Notes under the pieces: model-generated
The model's database searches: none
The model's input: the letters and a program-made list of their open reading frames with translations, nothing else
Told to the model about the DNA's origin: nothing
In this document: piece after piece, positions 31,106 through 40,267 of the stretch
Layout of the letters: each line of letters begins with the position of its first letter
How positions within the stretch are numbered: the first letter of the stretch is position 1
Origin: an uncultured delta proteobacterium
GTDB taxonomy: Bacteria > Myxococcota_A > Polyangia > Palsa-1104
Direction: 5' to 3'
DNA: 64,000 nt
Assembly: GCA_963785725.1 (NCBI GenBank)
Contig: CAWAWS010000039.1
Location: 288,001-352,000 of the forward strand
Translations under genes and position numbers: made by a program

Positions 31106-32515
31106 TTATGGGAGGTCGACGGGCTGGGCCAGCGCGTACTGCAGCGCCGCCGGAATGTCGTCGGGTGCGAGGCCGATCCAGAAGACGTGCCAGTCGGCGA
31201 AGCGCATCATGCCGTCGCACAGCTTGACGTACCAAGGTCCGATGGCGTTGGCTGCGCGCGCGCGCCAGAAAATGCGCGGATAGTCGCTCGCCAGCGCTTG
31301 CCACAAGTCGCGCCCGATGCCTTCGCCTTGCGCCTCGGCGTCGACCGCGAACTTCGACAAATACGCGCCCAGCGGAGTCTCGACGACGAGCGCGGCGCCG
31401 CGCCAGCCGTGATCGTCGGGATCCTGCGCGCGATCGGACGCGTCGATCGCATGCGCCGCCGCGGCGCGGCTCGCGGCGACGACGTCGTCGGCCGCGGCGC
31501 GTTGTTCGACCGGCGTGCTCGCCGCGCCCTGCGCGGCCGCAACGTCTGCCGCCGCGCGCCCGCTCGGCGTTGCCCGCTCAGTCGGCGCGCTCGCCGGCGC
31601 GCGCCCGACAGTCACGTCGGCCGCCGCGCGCCCGACGGCCGCGTCTGCCGCCGCGCGTGCGACGGGCGCGTCGGTCGCGTCGCCGCGCGGCACCATCGCC
31701 ACGTACGCCCGCGCGATCGGCCGCGCAAAGAAGTCGTCGACCGGCGGCCGCCCGAAGCTGCGCGTCAACAGCGCCCGCAGCCGCTCGCGATCGACATCGC
31801 CGAAGTCGCGCCGCTCGACAATCGCCCCCCGTCGCAGCAGCGTACCGGCGCCCTTGATCGTAAACAGCTCGCGAAACAAATTGAGCGGCGACGTGATGGC
31901 GATCGACAGCCGATGCGGCGTCCGCTCGACCAGCCGGCGCGACTCCTCGACGAGCGCCCGCTCCTTGCGCGACAGCTCCTTCGACTGCGCCAACGCCGTG
32001 TAGTCGGTCGTCAAATTCACGATCGGCACCAACGTCCCCGACTGCCGCAAGCCGCCCGGCCGGTGCAGGAAAATCAATTTGCGCGTGCGCATCGCCACCA
32101 CCAGCGCCGCCAGCGTCTCGAAGCGCGCCTCGGCACCGACGGCGAACGTCAAGATGGGGATGGTCTGCGCGCGCGTCGCCGCCGTCGCGCGCTCGATGGC
32201 GTCGGGCTCGTGCGCGCCCAGCAACGTCGCGCGCACGCCGGCGCGCTCGAGCCGCTTGCCGAGCCGGACCGCGTGATCCATCGCTTCGGTCGACTCGAAC
32301 AGACCGAGGAGCACGACCGGGTACAGTCCCAGCGACGCCAGGAAGCGCAGATCGAGCGTCACCGCCTCGGACGCGTGACGCGCGACGTTGGCGTCGACGG
32401 AGATGGCCGCGAAGCGCTCGGGCTCGCCGGCGCGAAAGAGCGCGAGGTAGAAGTCCGCCTCGCGACGAGAGCCGACGCTCTCGAGGAAGCGCAGGACGAC
32501 GTCAGCCGGATCCAT
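31106..32515 (-). CDS. Acetylglutamate kinase/synthase-like protein (AAK-like domain + NAT/DUF619 domain)
   Basis: ITSPLNLFRELFTIKGAGTLLRRG, YLSKFAV..AQGEGIG, FWRAR..NAIGPWY..CDG; adjacent to argE. Confidence 0.8.
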   Translation of the reverse strand: MDPADVVLRFLESVGSRREADFYLALFRAGEPERFAAISVDANVARHASEAVTLDLRFLASLGLYPVVLLGLFESTEAMDHAVRLGKRLERAGVRATLLGAHEPDAIERATAATRAQTIPILTFAVGAEARFETLAALVVAMRTRKLIFLHRPGGLRQSGTLVPIVNLTTDYTALAQSKELSRKERALVEESRRLVERTPHRLSIAITSPLNLFRELFTIKGAGTLLRRGAIVERRDFGDVDRERLRALLTRSFGRPPVDDFFARPIARAYVAMVPRGDATDAPVARAAADAAVGRAAADVTVGRAPASAPTERATPSGRAAADVAAAQGAASTPVEQRAAADDVVAASRAAAAHAIDASDRAQDPDDHGWRGAALVVETPLGAYLSKFAVDAEAQGEGIGRDLWQALASDYPRIFWRARAANAIGPWYVKLCDGMMRFADWHVFWIGLAPDDIPAALQYALAQPVDLP

Positions 32516-33581
32516 GCGCTCGCAAGATCTGCGTCAAGACATCGCGCGCCTGCTCCAGCTCGACGATGGGCACGAACTCGTCGGGCGCGTGCGCGTGGGC
32601 GATGTCGCCCGGTCCCCACACGACGCAGTCGATGCCCATCTCCGACCACAGCGCGGCTTCGGTCCAGAACGCGAGATCGACGGCCGGTCCGAGCTCGGCC
32701 GGGAAGTCGTCGCGATTGCGCGTGGCGAACGTCGGATTGATGATGGGCACGGTCAGCCGCGCCCGCGGCACGACGGCGCCGGCGAGCGCGAACAGCTCGT
32801 CGCGCACTTTCTCGACGTCGCTGCCCGGCGGTGGTCGCACGCTCACGCTCAAGCGCGCCTCCGACGGAATGACGTTGAACGCGATGCCTCCGTCGAGCTT
32901 GGCGACGTTGAGGCACATGCCGGTAAAGCCGCTCGGTCCGTGCTCGCGCTGCTCGATGCCCCACTGCCCGTAGGCGACGGCGAGCCGCGCGGCGTCGTAG
33001 AGCGCGGCCGGCTCGTGATCGGCGCGCGAGCTGTGCCCGCCGCGACCGTCGATGCGCGCCTCGAGCGCGAGAATGCCGCGATGACGCACGCCCGCCTGCA
33101 GCGAAGTCGGCTCGCAGACGATGGCGCGCGTCACGTCGCCGAGGAGCCGGCGTTCGCGCTCGAGCGCCGCGCGCACGACCGTGCCGCGGTTCTCCTCGTC
33201 GCCCGAGAAGATGACGGCCAAGTCGTGACCGGGCGTCGTCTCCAGCGCGCACAACGTCGCGGCGATCGCCGCCTTCGTGTCGCACGCACCCAAGCCGTAG
33301 ACGCGCCCGTCGGCGACGCGGGCCGCGAACGGATCGTGGCTCCAGCCTTCGTTGGCCGGCACCGTGTCGACGTGCGCGTTGATGATGAGCCGCGGTCGAC
33401 CCCAGGTCGCGATGACGTAGGCGCCGATTGCGCCTTCGCGCGTGACCGTCTCGACGCGCACGTCGCCGCCGAGCGCGCGCAGCCGCTCGCCCAAGTCGGC
33501 GCACAGCCGCGGCTCGTCGCCGCCCGGGTTATGCGTGTCGACGGCAATGAGGCGCTGCAGCAGCTCGACGACGTCCGTCAT
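32502..33581 (-). CDS. argE: Acetylornithine deacetylase (M20 peptidase family)
   Basis: NAHVDTVP, GLGACDTK, DEE, CEPT, GPGDIAHAHAPDE. Confidence 0.88.
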   Translation of the reverse strand: MTDVVELLQRLIAVDTHNPGGDEPRLCADLGERLRALGGDVRVETVTREGAIGAYVIATWGRPRLIINAHVDTVPANEGWSHDPFAARVADGRVYGLGACDTKAAIAATLCALETTPGHDLAVIFSGDEENRGTVVRAALERERRLLGDVTRAIVCEPTSLQAGVRHRGILALEARIDGRGGHSSRADHEPAALYDAARLAVAYGQWGIEQREHGPSGFTGMCLNVAKLDGGIAFNVIPSEARLSVSVRPPPGSDVEKVRDELFALAGAVVPRARLTVPIINPTFATRNRDDFPAELGPAVDLAFWTEAALWSEMGIDCVVWGPGDIAHAHAPDEFVPIVELEQARDVLTQILRAHGSG

Positions 33582-33617
33582 GCGCGCATTCTAAACAATG
33601 TCGGCGCGCGTAACGGC

Positions 33618-34562
33618 TTATTCTGGCGCGACCGATTCGGCGCCGATCGCGGCTTCATGCGAGCAGCAGCCGTGCGGCGTCGCCGTCGGCGCGCGGCGCG
33701 TCGTCACTTCCGCCGTCGCCGCGATGGCCCGCACGACGACCGACGCGGCGGCGAGCCCGAACGCGCCGGTCACGAACCCGGCCGTCCCGTAGATTACGCG
33801 CCGCTCCTCGCACGAGTGCACGTCGTTGGTGCCGCCCGGACAGACGCAGCGAAAGCCTTCGGCGCCGTCGTAGTGCAGCTCGTGCGGCACCTCGGGATGC
33901 TCCATCGAGTAGACCGCCGTGATGCCGAACGGCTCGCCCGTCGGAAAAGCGTACTTCTTGCGCAGCAGGTGGCGCACGGCGTTGGCCAGCGGATCGATCG
34001 CCGTGTCCGCGAGATCGACCACGCGCAGCTGCGTCGGATCCATCCGCCCCGACGCGCCCGTCGACGTCACCACCGGAATGCCGCGCGCCTTGCACGTCGC
34101 CAGCAAGTGACACTTCGCCGTCACGTTATCGATGGCATCGACGACCCAATCGGGCTCGTGCCCCAAGATCGCGTCGCTCGTCTTGTCCGAATAAAACAGC
34201 GGCAGCGGCACCGCCGTCGCCTGCGGATTGATGGCGCGGACGCGCTCGGCCAACATCGTCGACTTCGGCTTCGCCACCGCCGTCGCCACCGCTTGCAGTT
34301 GCCGATTGGTATTCGTCACGCACACGCGATCGAAGTCGACCAACGTCAGCCGCCCGACGCCCGACCGCGCCAGCGCCTCGACGACGAACGAGCCCACACC
34401 GCCGAGCCCGATGACCATGACGTGCGCGCCGAACAGCCGCTCCATCGCGCTGTCACCGACGAGCCGCCCGATGCGATCGAACCGCCGATGCAGTCGATAG
34501 CTCGTCTCGCGATCCAATTGTTGCGTGGGCGGTTGCGGGTGCGTCTGCTTCGGCAATTCCAT
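33618..34562 (-). CDS. tcdA: tRNA threonylcarbamoyladenosine dehydratase (ThiF family)
   Basis: IGLGGVGS, DFDRVCVTNTNRQ, VVDAIDNVTAK, AVYSMEHP; ATG 34562 overlaps the tatD stop. Confidence 0.88.
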   Translation of the reverse strand: MELPKQTHPQPPTQQLDRETSYRLHRRFDRIGRLVGDSAMERLFGAHVMVIGLGGVGSFVVEALARSGVGRLTLVDFDRVCVTNTNRQLQAVATAVAKPKSTMLAERVRAINPQATAVPLPLFYSDKTSDAILGHEPDWVVDAIDNVTAKCHLLATCKARGIPVVTSTGASGRMDPTQLRVVDLADTAIDPLANAVRHLLRKKYAFPTGEPFGITAVYSMEHPEVPHELHYDGAEGFRCVCPGGTNDVHSCEERRVIYGTAGFVTGAFGLAAASVVVRAIAATAEVTTRRAPTATPHGCCSHEAAIGAESVAPE

Positions 34563-35344
34563 CAGCGTGGTTCCAACAGGCGGCGCGCGTTCTCGTCGGT
34601 AATCCGGGCCGCTTCGGCAAATTCGACCCCCCAAATCTGCGCGACCGCGGCCACGATTGCAACGAGAAAGGCCGGCTCGTTGCGGCCCGGCCGCTGCGGC
34701 TCCGGCGTCTGATCGGGCGCGTCGGTCTCGACGAGCAGTCGCGCGCGCGGCACGACGGCGGCGGCGCGCGCGGCTTTGTTGTCGCGCCCGTGCCACGTCA
34801 GCGAGCCCGAGAACGACACGTGCAGCCCGAGCGCCACCCACTCCTTCGTCAGCTCCGGCGACGACGAGCAGCTGTGCAAGAGGCCGGCCGCGGGCGCGTG
34901 GCGCGCATAAACCGCGATGGCGCGCGGATGTTGCCGCAAGACATGCAGCGCCACCGGCAGCCGATACTTGCGCGCCAGCTGCAGCTGCGCCACGAACACG
35001 CGCTCCTGCCGCTCCAGCGTCGCGCTGCGCTCGCCCATTCCGTCGAGGCCGATCTCGCCCAGCGCCACGACGTTGGGCCGGCGCGCCGCCAACGCCGCGT
35101 CGAGCTCGCCGAGCATGCGATCGCACGCGTCATCGTCGACCAGCGCCACGATCTGCGGGTGAATGCCGTACGACAGCGTCAGCTCGGGATGCGCCGCCGC
35201 CAGCGAATCCTCGACGCGCCAGCCGCTCGGGTCGACGCCCGCCAGCATCATCGTCGTCACGCCCGCGGCCGTCGCCCGCGCGATCGCGGCCGCCGCGTCG
35301 TCGACGAGCCGCGCGTCGTGCAAGTGACAATGCGTGTCGTACAC
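34562..35344 (-). CDS. tatD: TatD-family hydrolase
   Basis: DTHCHL, GIHP, LGEIGLD, LLVETDAPD, RNEP. Confidence 0.92.
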   Translation of the reverse strand: MYDTHCHLHDARLVDDAAAAIARATAAGVTTMMLAGVDPSGWRVEDSLAAAHPELTLSYGIHPQIVALVDDDACDRMLGELDAALAARRPNVVALGEIGLDGMGERSATLERQERVFVAQLQLARKYRLPVALHVLRQHPRAIAVYARHAPAAGLLHSCSSSPELTKEWVALGLHVSFSGSLTWHGRDNKAARAAAVVPRARLLVETDAPDQTPEPQRPGRNEPAFLVAIVAAVAQIWGVEFAEAARITDENARRLLEPR

Positions 35345-35392
35345 GGCGCGATCTTAGCCGCCACGAGCGGCGCGCGGTAGTATCGTCGCCGC

Positions 35393-35884
35393 ATGTCGAC
35401 AGGAGCTGCTGCGTTGATTCGCCCGGGTGAGGCGCGCGATCTGCCCGCCGTCGTCGCGCTCGTCGCCGCGCTGGCCGAGTTCGAGAAGCTGCCCGGCCCC
35501 GACGCCGAGGCGCTGGCGCGCATGACGACCGACTTCGCGCGCGGCCGCTTCCAGCTGCTCGTCGCCGAGGCCGACGGCGTCGTGAACGCCTACGCGCTCT
35601 ACTTCTTCACCTACTCGACGTTTCGCGCGTTGCCGTCGCTGTATCTCGAGGACCTGTTCGTCCATCCGGCGGCGCGCGGGCACCAGATCGGCGAGCGGCT
35701 GATGCGCACGCTGGCCGGCGAGGCCGTGCGCAACGGCTGCGGCCGCTTCGAGTGGACCGTGCTCGACTGGAACGTGCGCGCGCAGAAGTTCTACCTCAGC
35801 CTCGGCGCCGAGCTGTTGGCCGAATGGCGCACCTGTCGCGTCGACGGTGACGCGCTGACGCAATTGGCCGCGCGCGAGACGTGA
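35393..35884 (+). CDS. GNAT N-acetyltransferase (diamine acetyltransferase-like)
   Basis: YFFTYSTF, LYLEDLFVHPAARG, WTVLDWN. Confidence 0.9.
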   Translation: MSTGAAALIRPGEARDLPAVVALVAALAEFEKLPGPDAEALARMTTDFARGRFQLLVAEADGVVNAYALYFFTYSTFRALPSLYLEDLFVHPAARGHQIGERLMRTLAGEAVRNGCGRFEWTVLDWNVRAQKFYLSLGAELLAEWRTCRVDGDALTQLAARET

Positions 35885-36077
35885 CCCGCGCGTCGACACG
35901 TGGGGCCGACAGTCTCCACGGTGAAGGGCGCGCGCGGCCATTGTTGGCGCGATAAGTCTCACCGCCGCAAGCGCAGTAGCCGCCGTTTGTGGCGTGCCAG
36001 CCAACGTCGCTGCGTCGCATCGGCGCCGATCAGGCGAAAACTCGATTGGCGCGTTTCCTGCTCTCGAACTGCCGGTC

Positions 36078-37172
36078 ATGCTCGCGCGCGACGGCCACAG
36101 CCAGCCGATTCAGACGGAGCTCGGCATCGGCGTGCGTGTCGGCGCCTACGAGATCGAAGCGGTGCGCGCGCGCTTGCCGCACGTGACCGTCCATCGCGCG
36201 CATCACAGCGTGACCGGCCGCACGGTCGCCTTCGAGCTGCTCCGTCCGACGGCGTCCGGTCCATCGCTGCGCGATCTGAAGCGTGAGCTGGGCGCGCTCA
36301 ATCATCTGCGCCACGCCAACGTCGCCGAGATCCTCGAAGCCGGCGAGCTCGACGACGGCCGCCCGTTCCTCGTCGTCGAATGGGTGGCCGGCCGCTCGCT
36401 GCAGACGCTGCTCGATCAGCGCGGCCCCTTGCCGCTCGACGCGCTCATGCCCATCGCCGACGAGATCGGCAGCGCGCTCGCCGCCGCGCACGCGCTCGGC
36501 GTCGTCCATGGCGAGCTGCACGGCCGCAACGTCGGCCTCGTCGCGCGCGGCGATGGCGATGTCCACACGGTCAAGATCGTCAGCTTCGGCATGGCGCGCC
36601 TCTCGGGCACGCGCCTCGCGCCCGAACAGCTGCGCGGCCTGTGCGACCGTCGCAGCGACGTCTTCGCCTTGGGCGCGCTGTTGTACCAAGCCGTCACCGG
36701 CGTTCGTCCGCACGCCGAGCCGCTGCCGCCGAGCACGCTCGCCGACGTTCCTTCCGGCTTCGACGAGGTCGTGCTGCGCTGTCTACGCGCCGATCCGGCT
36801 CGCCGCTACGACAACGTGGAGCCGATGATGCAGGAGCTGCGTTCGACCGTCTCCGGCAGCGAATTGGTGGCCGAGCTGTACGTGAGCGCGTTCATCGATC
36901 CGCTCGTCGACGACGTGGAGATGGCGGCGCTCGATGACGTCGAGCGCGCGCTGGCGCTGGCGCAACAGTGGCTCGAAGACCAGCGGCTGGCGCTGGTGCT
37001 CGGCGGCGCCGGCGCGGTCGTTGCCACGGCGCGCATTCCGCGCGCGCTCGACGCCCAGCGGGCGGCGCGCGCCGGCTGGGTCAAGCTCGCCGGCGCCGTG
37101 CAAGCGCAGATCGAAGCGCGCCCGCGCAAGCATCCCGCGGTTCGTACGCGCGTGAACGTTCGGATTGATTAG
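36078..37172 (+). CDS. Ser/Thr protein kinase-like protein lacking catalytic residues (pseudokinase)
   Basis: LRHANVAEI, PFLVVEWVAGRSL, APEQ, SDVFALG retained; VAFE, HGELHGRN, SFG replace VAIK, HRDLKPEN, DFG. Confidence 0.8.
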   Translation: MLARDGHSQPIQTELGIGVRVGAYEIEAVRARLPHVTVHRAHHSVTGRTVAFELLRPTASGPSLRDLKRELGALNHLRHANVAEILEAGELDDGRPFLVVEWVAGRSLQTLLDQRGPLPLDALMPIADEIGSALAAAHALGVVHGELHGRNVGLVARGDGDVHTVKIVSFGMARLSGTRLAPEQLRGLCDRRSDVFALGALLYQAVTGVRPHAEPLPPSTLADVPSGFDEVVLRCLRADPARRYDNVEPMMQELRSTVSGSELVAELYVSAFIDPLVDDVEMAALDDVERALALAQQWLEDQRLALVLGGAGAVVATARIPRALDAQRAARAGWVKLAGAVQAQIEARPRKHPAVRTRVNVRID

Positions 37173-37200
37173 CGTGAAGCGAAGTTGACGCGGAGCCGAG

Positions 37201-38400
37201 TTACGCGAGGCGCTCTTGCAGCGCCTGATTCTCGGGGATGACGTGGATGTTCGGCAGGCTCGGCGCGCGGCCGTGGCACGCCTGATACGCCAAGCGGTAG
37301 ACATGCATGTGCTGCGCGATCACCGAATCCCAAGCGAACCAGTCGAGGCTGCGCTTCGTCGCCTCGCTCATGCGTGCGCGGAGCTCGCCGTCGCGCATGA
37401 CCTCGGCGATGTGCTGGATGAACTCGGCGTTGGTGTTGGCGAGGAAGCCTTCGCGGCCGTGACGAATGAGATCGCCGACGCCGCCGTGGTTCATGGCGAC
37501 GACGGGCAAGCCGCAGCAGCGCGCTTCCAACGTCGCGATCGACAGCGCCTCTTTCGACGTCGGCAGAATGAACAGCGACGAGCGCGCCAAGATCTCGCGG
37601 ATCTGATGCCGCGGCTGAAACCCGGTCAGCTCGACGTAATCGCCGACGCCCAGTCGCGCGATCTCGCGCTCGACGTGCGCGCGCTCGGGACCATCGCCGA
37701 CGAGCGTGAACGTCGGCCGCAGATTCGCCGGCAACAGCGCGTGAATCTTCGGGATCGCGCGGATGACCTCGTGCGGCTTCTTGCGCTTGGTAAAGCGCAT
37801 GACCGTCGTGACCCGCAGCGGCTTCGGCTCGTTCGGCGCCGGCGGATTGTGCGGCTTCCACTCGCCCGGGTTGATGCCGTTGGGCAGCACATACACGTCT
37901 TTACGGCCCGACACCGCGCGCATGTCGCCGGCGACGTAGTGGCTGACCGCCGTCAAGACGCCCGGCCAATCGGCCCAGCCCCAGATCTTGTGCAGCGTCG
38001 ACAAGAGCGCCAAGCCCGCGCCCTTCAACACCGAGTGCTCCGTCATCACCGACGGAATCGACAGCTTCTTCGCGACGTAGGCGGCGCCGATCGACAGCGG
38101 CGACAGCGCCGTGTGGCAGTGGATCAGATCGTACTGCTCGCGCACGAACAGCGCTTCCAGTGGAATCAGCGCCTTCTTGCTGCGGATCGTATCCAGCCCC
38201 GGCATCAACGGCACATCGAGGCGATGCACTTTGATGCCGTCGAGCTCGCGCTCACCCGGCGTCGCCGTGATGACGTGCGCTTCGTGGCCGCGCGCGTTGA
38301 GCTCTTTGGCGAGATCGCGCAGATGCAGCTCGAGCCCGCCGATGCGCGGCAAATACCAGTCGGAGACGATGGCGATCTTGTAGCCGGTTCGCGTTTTCAT
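37201..38400 (-). CDS. Glycosyltransferase family 4 (PIG-A-like)
   Basis: VSDWYLPRIGGLELH, LPNGIN, EALSIATLEA; ATG 38400 overlaps the upstream stop. Confidence 0.9.
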   Translation of the reverse strand: MKTRTGYKIAIVSDWYLPRIGGLELHLRDLAKELNARGHEAHVITATPGERELDGIKVHRLDVPLMPGLDTIRSKKALIPLEALFVREQYDLIHCHTALSPLSIGAAYVAKKLSIPSVMTEHSVLKGAGLALLSTLHKIWGWADWPGVLTAVSHYVAGDMRAVSGRKDVYVLPNGINPGEWKPHNPPAPNEPKPLRVTTVMRFTKRKKPHEVIRAIPKIHALLPANLRPTFTLVGDGPERAHVEREIARLGVGDYVELTGFQPRHQIREILARSSLFILPTSKEALSIATLEARCCGLPVVAMNHGGVGDLIRHGREGFLANTNAEFIQHIAEVMRDGELRARMSEATKRSLDWFAWDSVIAQHMHVYRLAYQACHGRAPSLPNIHVIPENQALQERLA

Positions 38401-39383
38401 GATTGGCGCACCTGCAACATGCTGCGGAGCTGAACGAGCGGCGAACGCACGCGATCGACGGTGCCCGCGCGATGCACGCAGCCGATGGTGCAATAGGGCG
38501 CGCAGGTCTTGGGCGACGTATATTCGCGGCGAATGTCGGCGACGGAGTAGTCGGCCAGCGGCGTGCCCGGATAACCACGCTGCTGCGAGCAATAATGCAC
38601 GAGGCCCTTCTCGCAAATGTACAAATAGCGAGCGCCCGCGCGGCATTGCCAGTCATTCGAGCGGCCTTCGATGAGGTTCCGCTGGAAGTCGTTGATGCGC
38701 GTGTACAAGCCCTGGCCGAGCTGCACGCACTCGTCGTAGACGGCGCGCTCGCGCGCATTGAGCGGCTGCAGCTGCCCCGACTCGTCGTGCAGGATGCCGA
38801 CCGACGTCGAGAAGCCGAGCGCAGAGGCGCGGCGCGCGATCTCGAGCGCGTCTTCCGGCCGCTTCATGCCGGCGCCGACGACGCTGTTGATGTTGACGTG
38901 AAAGCGCGCGTGCTCGGCCAGGTGCTGCAGCTTCTTGTCGAGCGTCTTCAGGCTCTTTTGCGAGACCTCGTCGGGCGTGACATTGTCGATCGAGATCTGC
39001 AGATACTCGAGCCCGGCGTCGTTGAGCCGCGCGATGCGCTCGGGACCGAGGTAGAAGCCGTTGGTGATGAGGCCGGCGAGCATGCCGCGGTCGCGGATGC
39101 GCTTGATGATCTGATCGAGCTCGGGGTGCATCATCGGCTCGCCGCCGGAAATGGTGACGATGCCGGTGCGCAGCTCGCCGAGCTTGTCGATGCGCCGCAG
39201 CATCTCCGCAATCGGTACGGGATCCGAGACCTTGTCGTACTCGTTGCAGTAGCCGCAGGCGAGGTTGCAGCGGCGCATGGGGACGATCTGCGCCAAGATC
39301 GGGTGGGTCGTATCGAGTAAACCCCACGTGACCATTCGCACTTCACGCAGGGTGCGGGTAATACGCTGGGGAAGGGTTTCCAT
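38397..39383 (-). CDS. Radical SAM protein with C-terminal Cys-rich (SPASM/twitch-like) domain
   Basis: CNLACGYC, SGGEP, ITNG, CRAG..YC..CAPYCTIGC. Confidence 0.9.
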   Translation of the reverse strand: METLPQRITRTLREVRMVTWGLLDTTHPILAQIVPMRRCNLACGYCNEYDKVSDPVPIAEMLRRIDKLGELRTGIVTISGGEPMMHPELDQIIKRIRDRGMLAGLITNGFYLGPERIARLNDAGLEYLQISIDNVTPDEVSQKSLKTLDKKLQHLAEHARFHVNINSVVGAGMKRPEDALEIARRASALGFSTSVGILHDESGQLQPLNARERAVYDECVQLGQGLYTRINDFQRNLIEGRSNDWQCRAGARYLYICEKGLVHYCSQQRGYPGTPLADYSVADIRREYTSPKTCAPYCTIGCVHRAGTVDRVRSPLVQLRSMLQVRQS

Positions 39384-39535
39384 AGGCTCGCGACGTTAGT
39401 TGGTTGGCATCGGGTTAGCAATTTCGGAGCCCGACTCGAAGCGGCCACGAATGCCCTATTAATGAGCGGTTAGATGAGGACGCTGTCGAAAAGTGTCAGA
39501 TTCCCGCCGCCCCGGTGGTAGAAGGATTGCGCACT

Positions 39536-40267
39536 ATGGACCTTTGCATCACTGTCGACCTCGAGCATGACTGCCCGCCGTTTCTGACGACCTATCGCGG
39601 CGTGACCGAAGGAATGCCAAGGCTGCTCGACCTCTTGGCGCGCGAGTCGGCGCCGGCGACGTTCTTCTGCACCGGCGACGTCGCGCGCAAGCATCCCGCG
39701 ATCGTGCGCCGCCTCGTCGCCGAAGGGCACGAGCTCGGCTGCCACGGCGACACGCACACGCGCTTCGGCGGCATGGATCGCGCGCAGGCGACGAAGGAGC
39801 TGGTGGACGCCCGCGCGACCCTCGATCCGTTCGCCAAGGTCACGTCGTTCCGCGCGCCGAATCTCGACTTCCCTAATGAATTCGTGCCGCTATTGGCCGA
39901 GCACGGTTTCACGCTCGACTCCTCGCAAGGGCGGCACAAGCCGGGCTCGTTCTTCATCACGCCGCACGTGAACACCGGCGTCGCGCGCGTGCCGGCGACG
40001 ATGGCGCCGTCGGCGCTGCGGCTGCCGGCGCCGGTGCGCAACCTGCTCCTCTCGCGCATGCGCGATCCGGTGGTCTTCTTCTTTCACCCGTGGGAGTTCG
40101 TCGACATGACGCGGGCGCCGATTCCGCGCGACTGCCGCTTCCGCACGGGCGATCCGGCGCTCGAGTCGCTGCGCGACGTCATGACCTGGTTCCGCAAGCG
40201 CGGCGCTACGTTGCGGCGGATGCGCGACTTGCCTGCCGCTGCCGGCGCCACGCAAAGAGCAGCTTGA
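39536..40267 (+). CDS. Polysaccharide deacetylase family protein
   Basis: TVDLE, ATFF, GHELGCHG..H, FRAP, FFHPWE. Confidence 0.9.
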   Translation: MDLCITVDLEHDCPPFLTTYRGVTEGMPRLLDLLARESAPATFFCTGDVARKHPAIVRRLVAEGHELGCHGDTHTRFGGMDRAQATKELVDARATLDPFAKVTSFRAPNLDFPNEFVPLLAEHGFTLDSSQGRHKPGSFFITPHVNTGVARVPATMAPSALRLPAPVRNLLLSRMRDPVVFFFHPWEFVDMTRAPIPRDCRFRTGDPALESLRDVMTWFRKRGATLRRMRDLPAAAGATQRAA

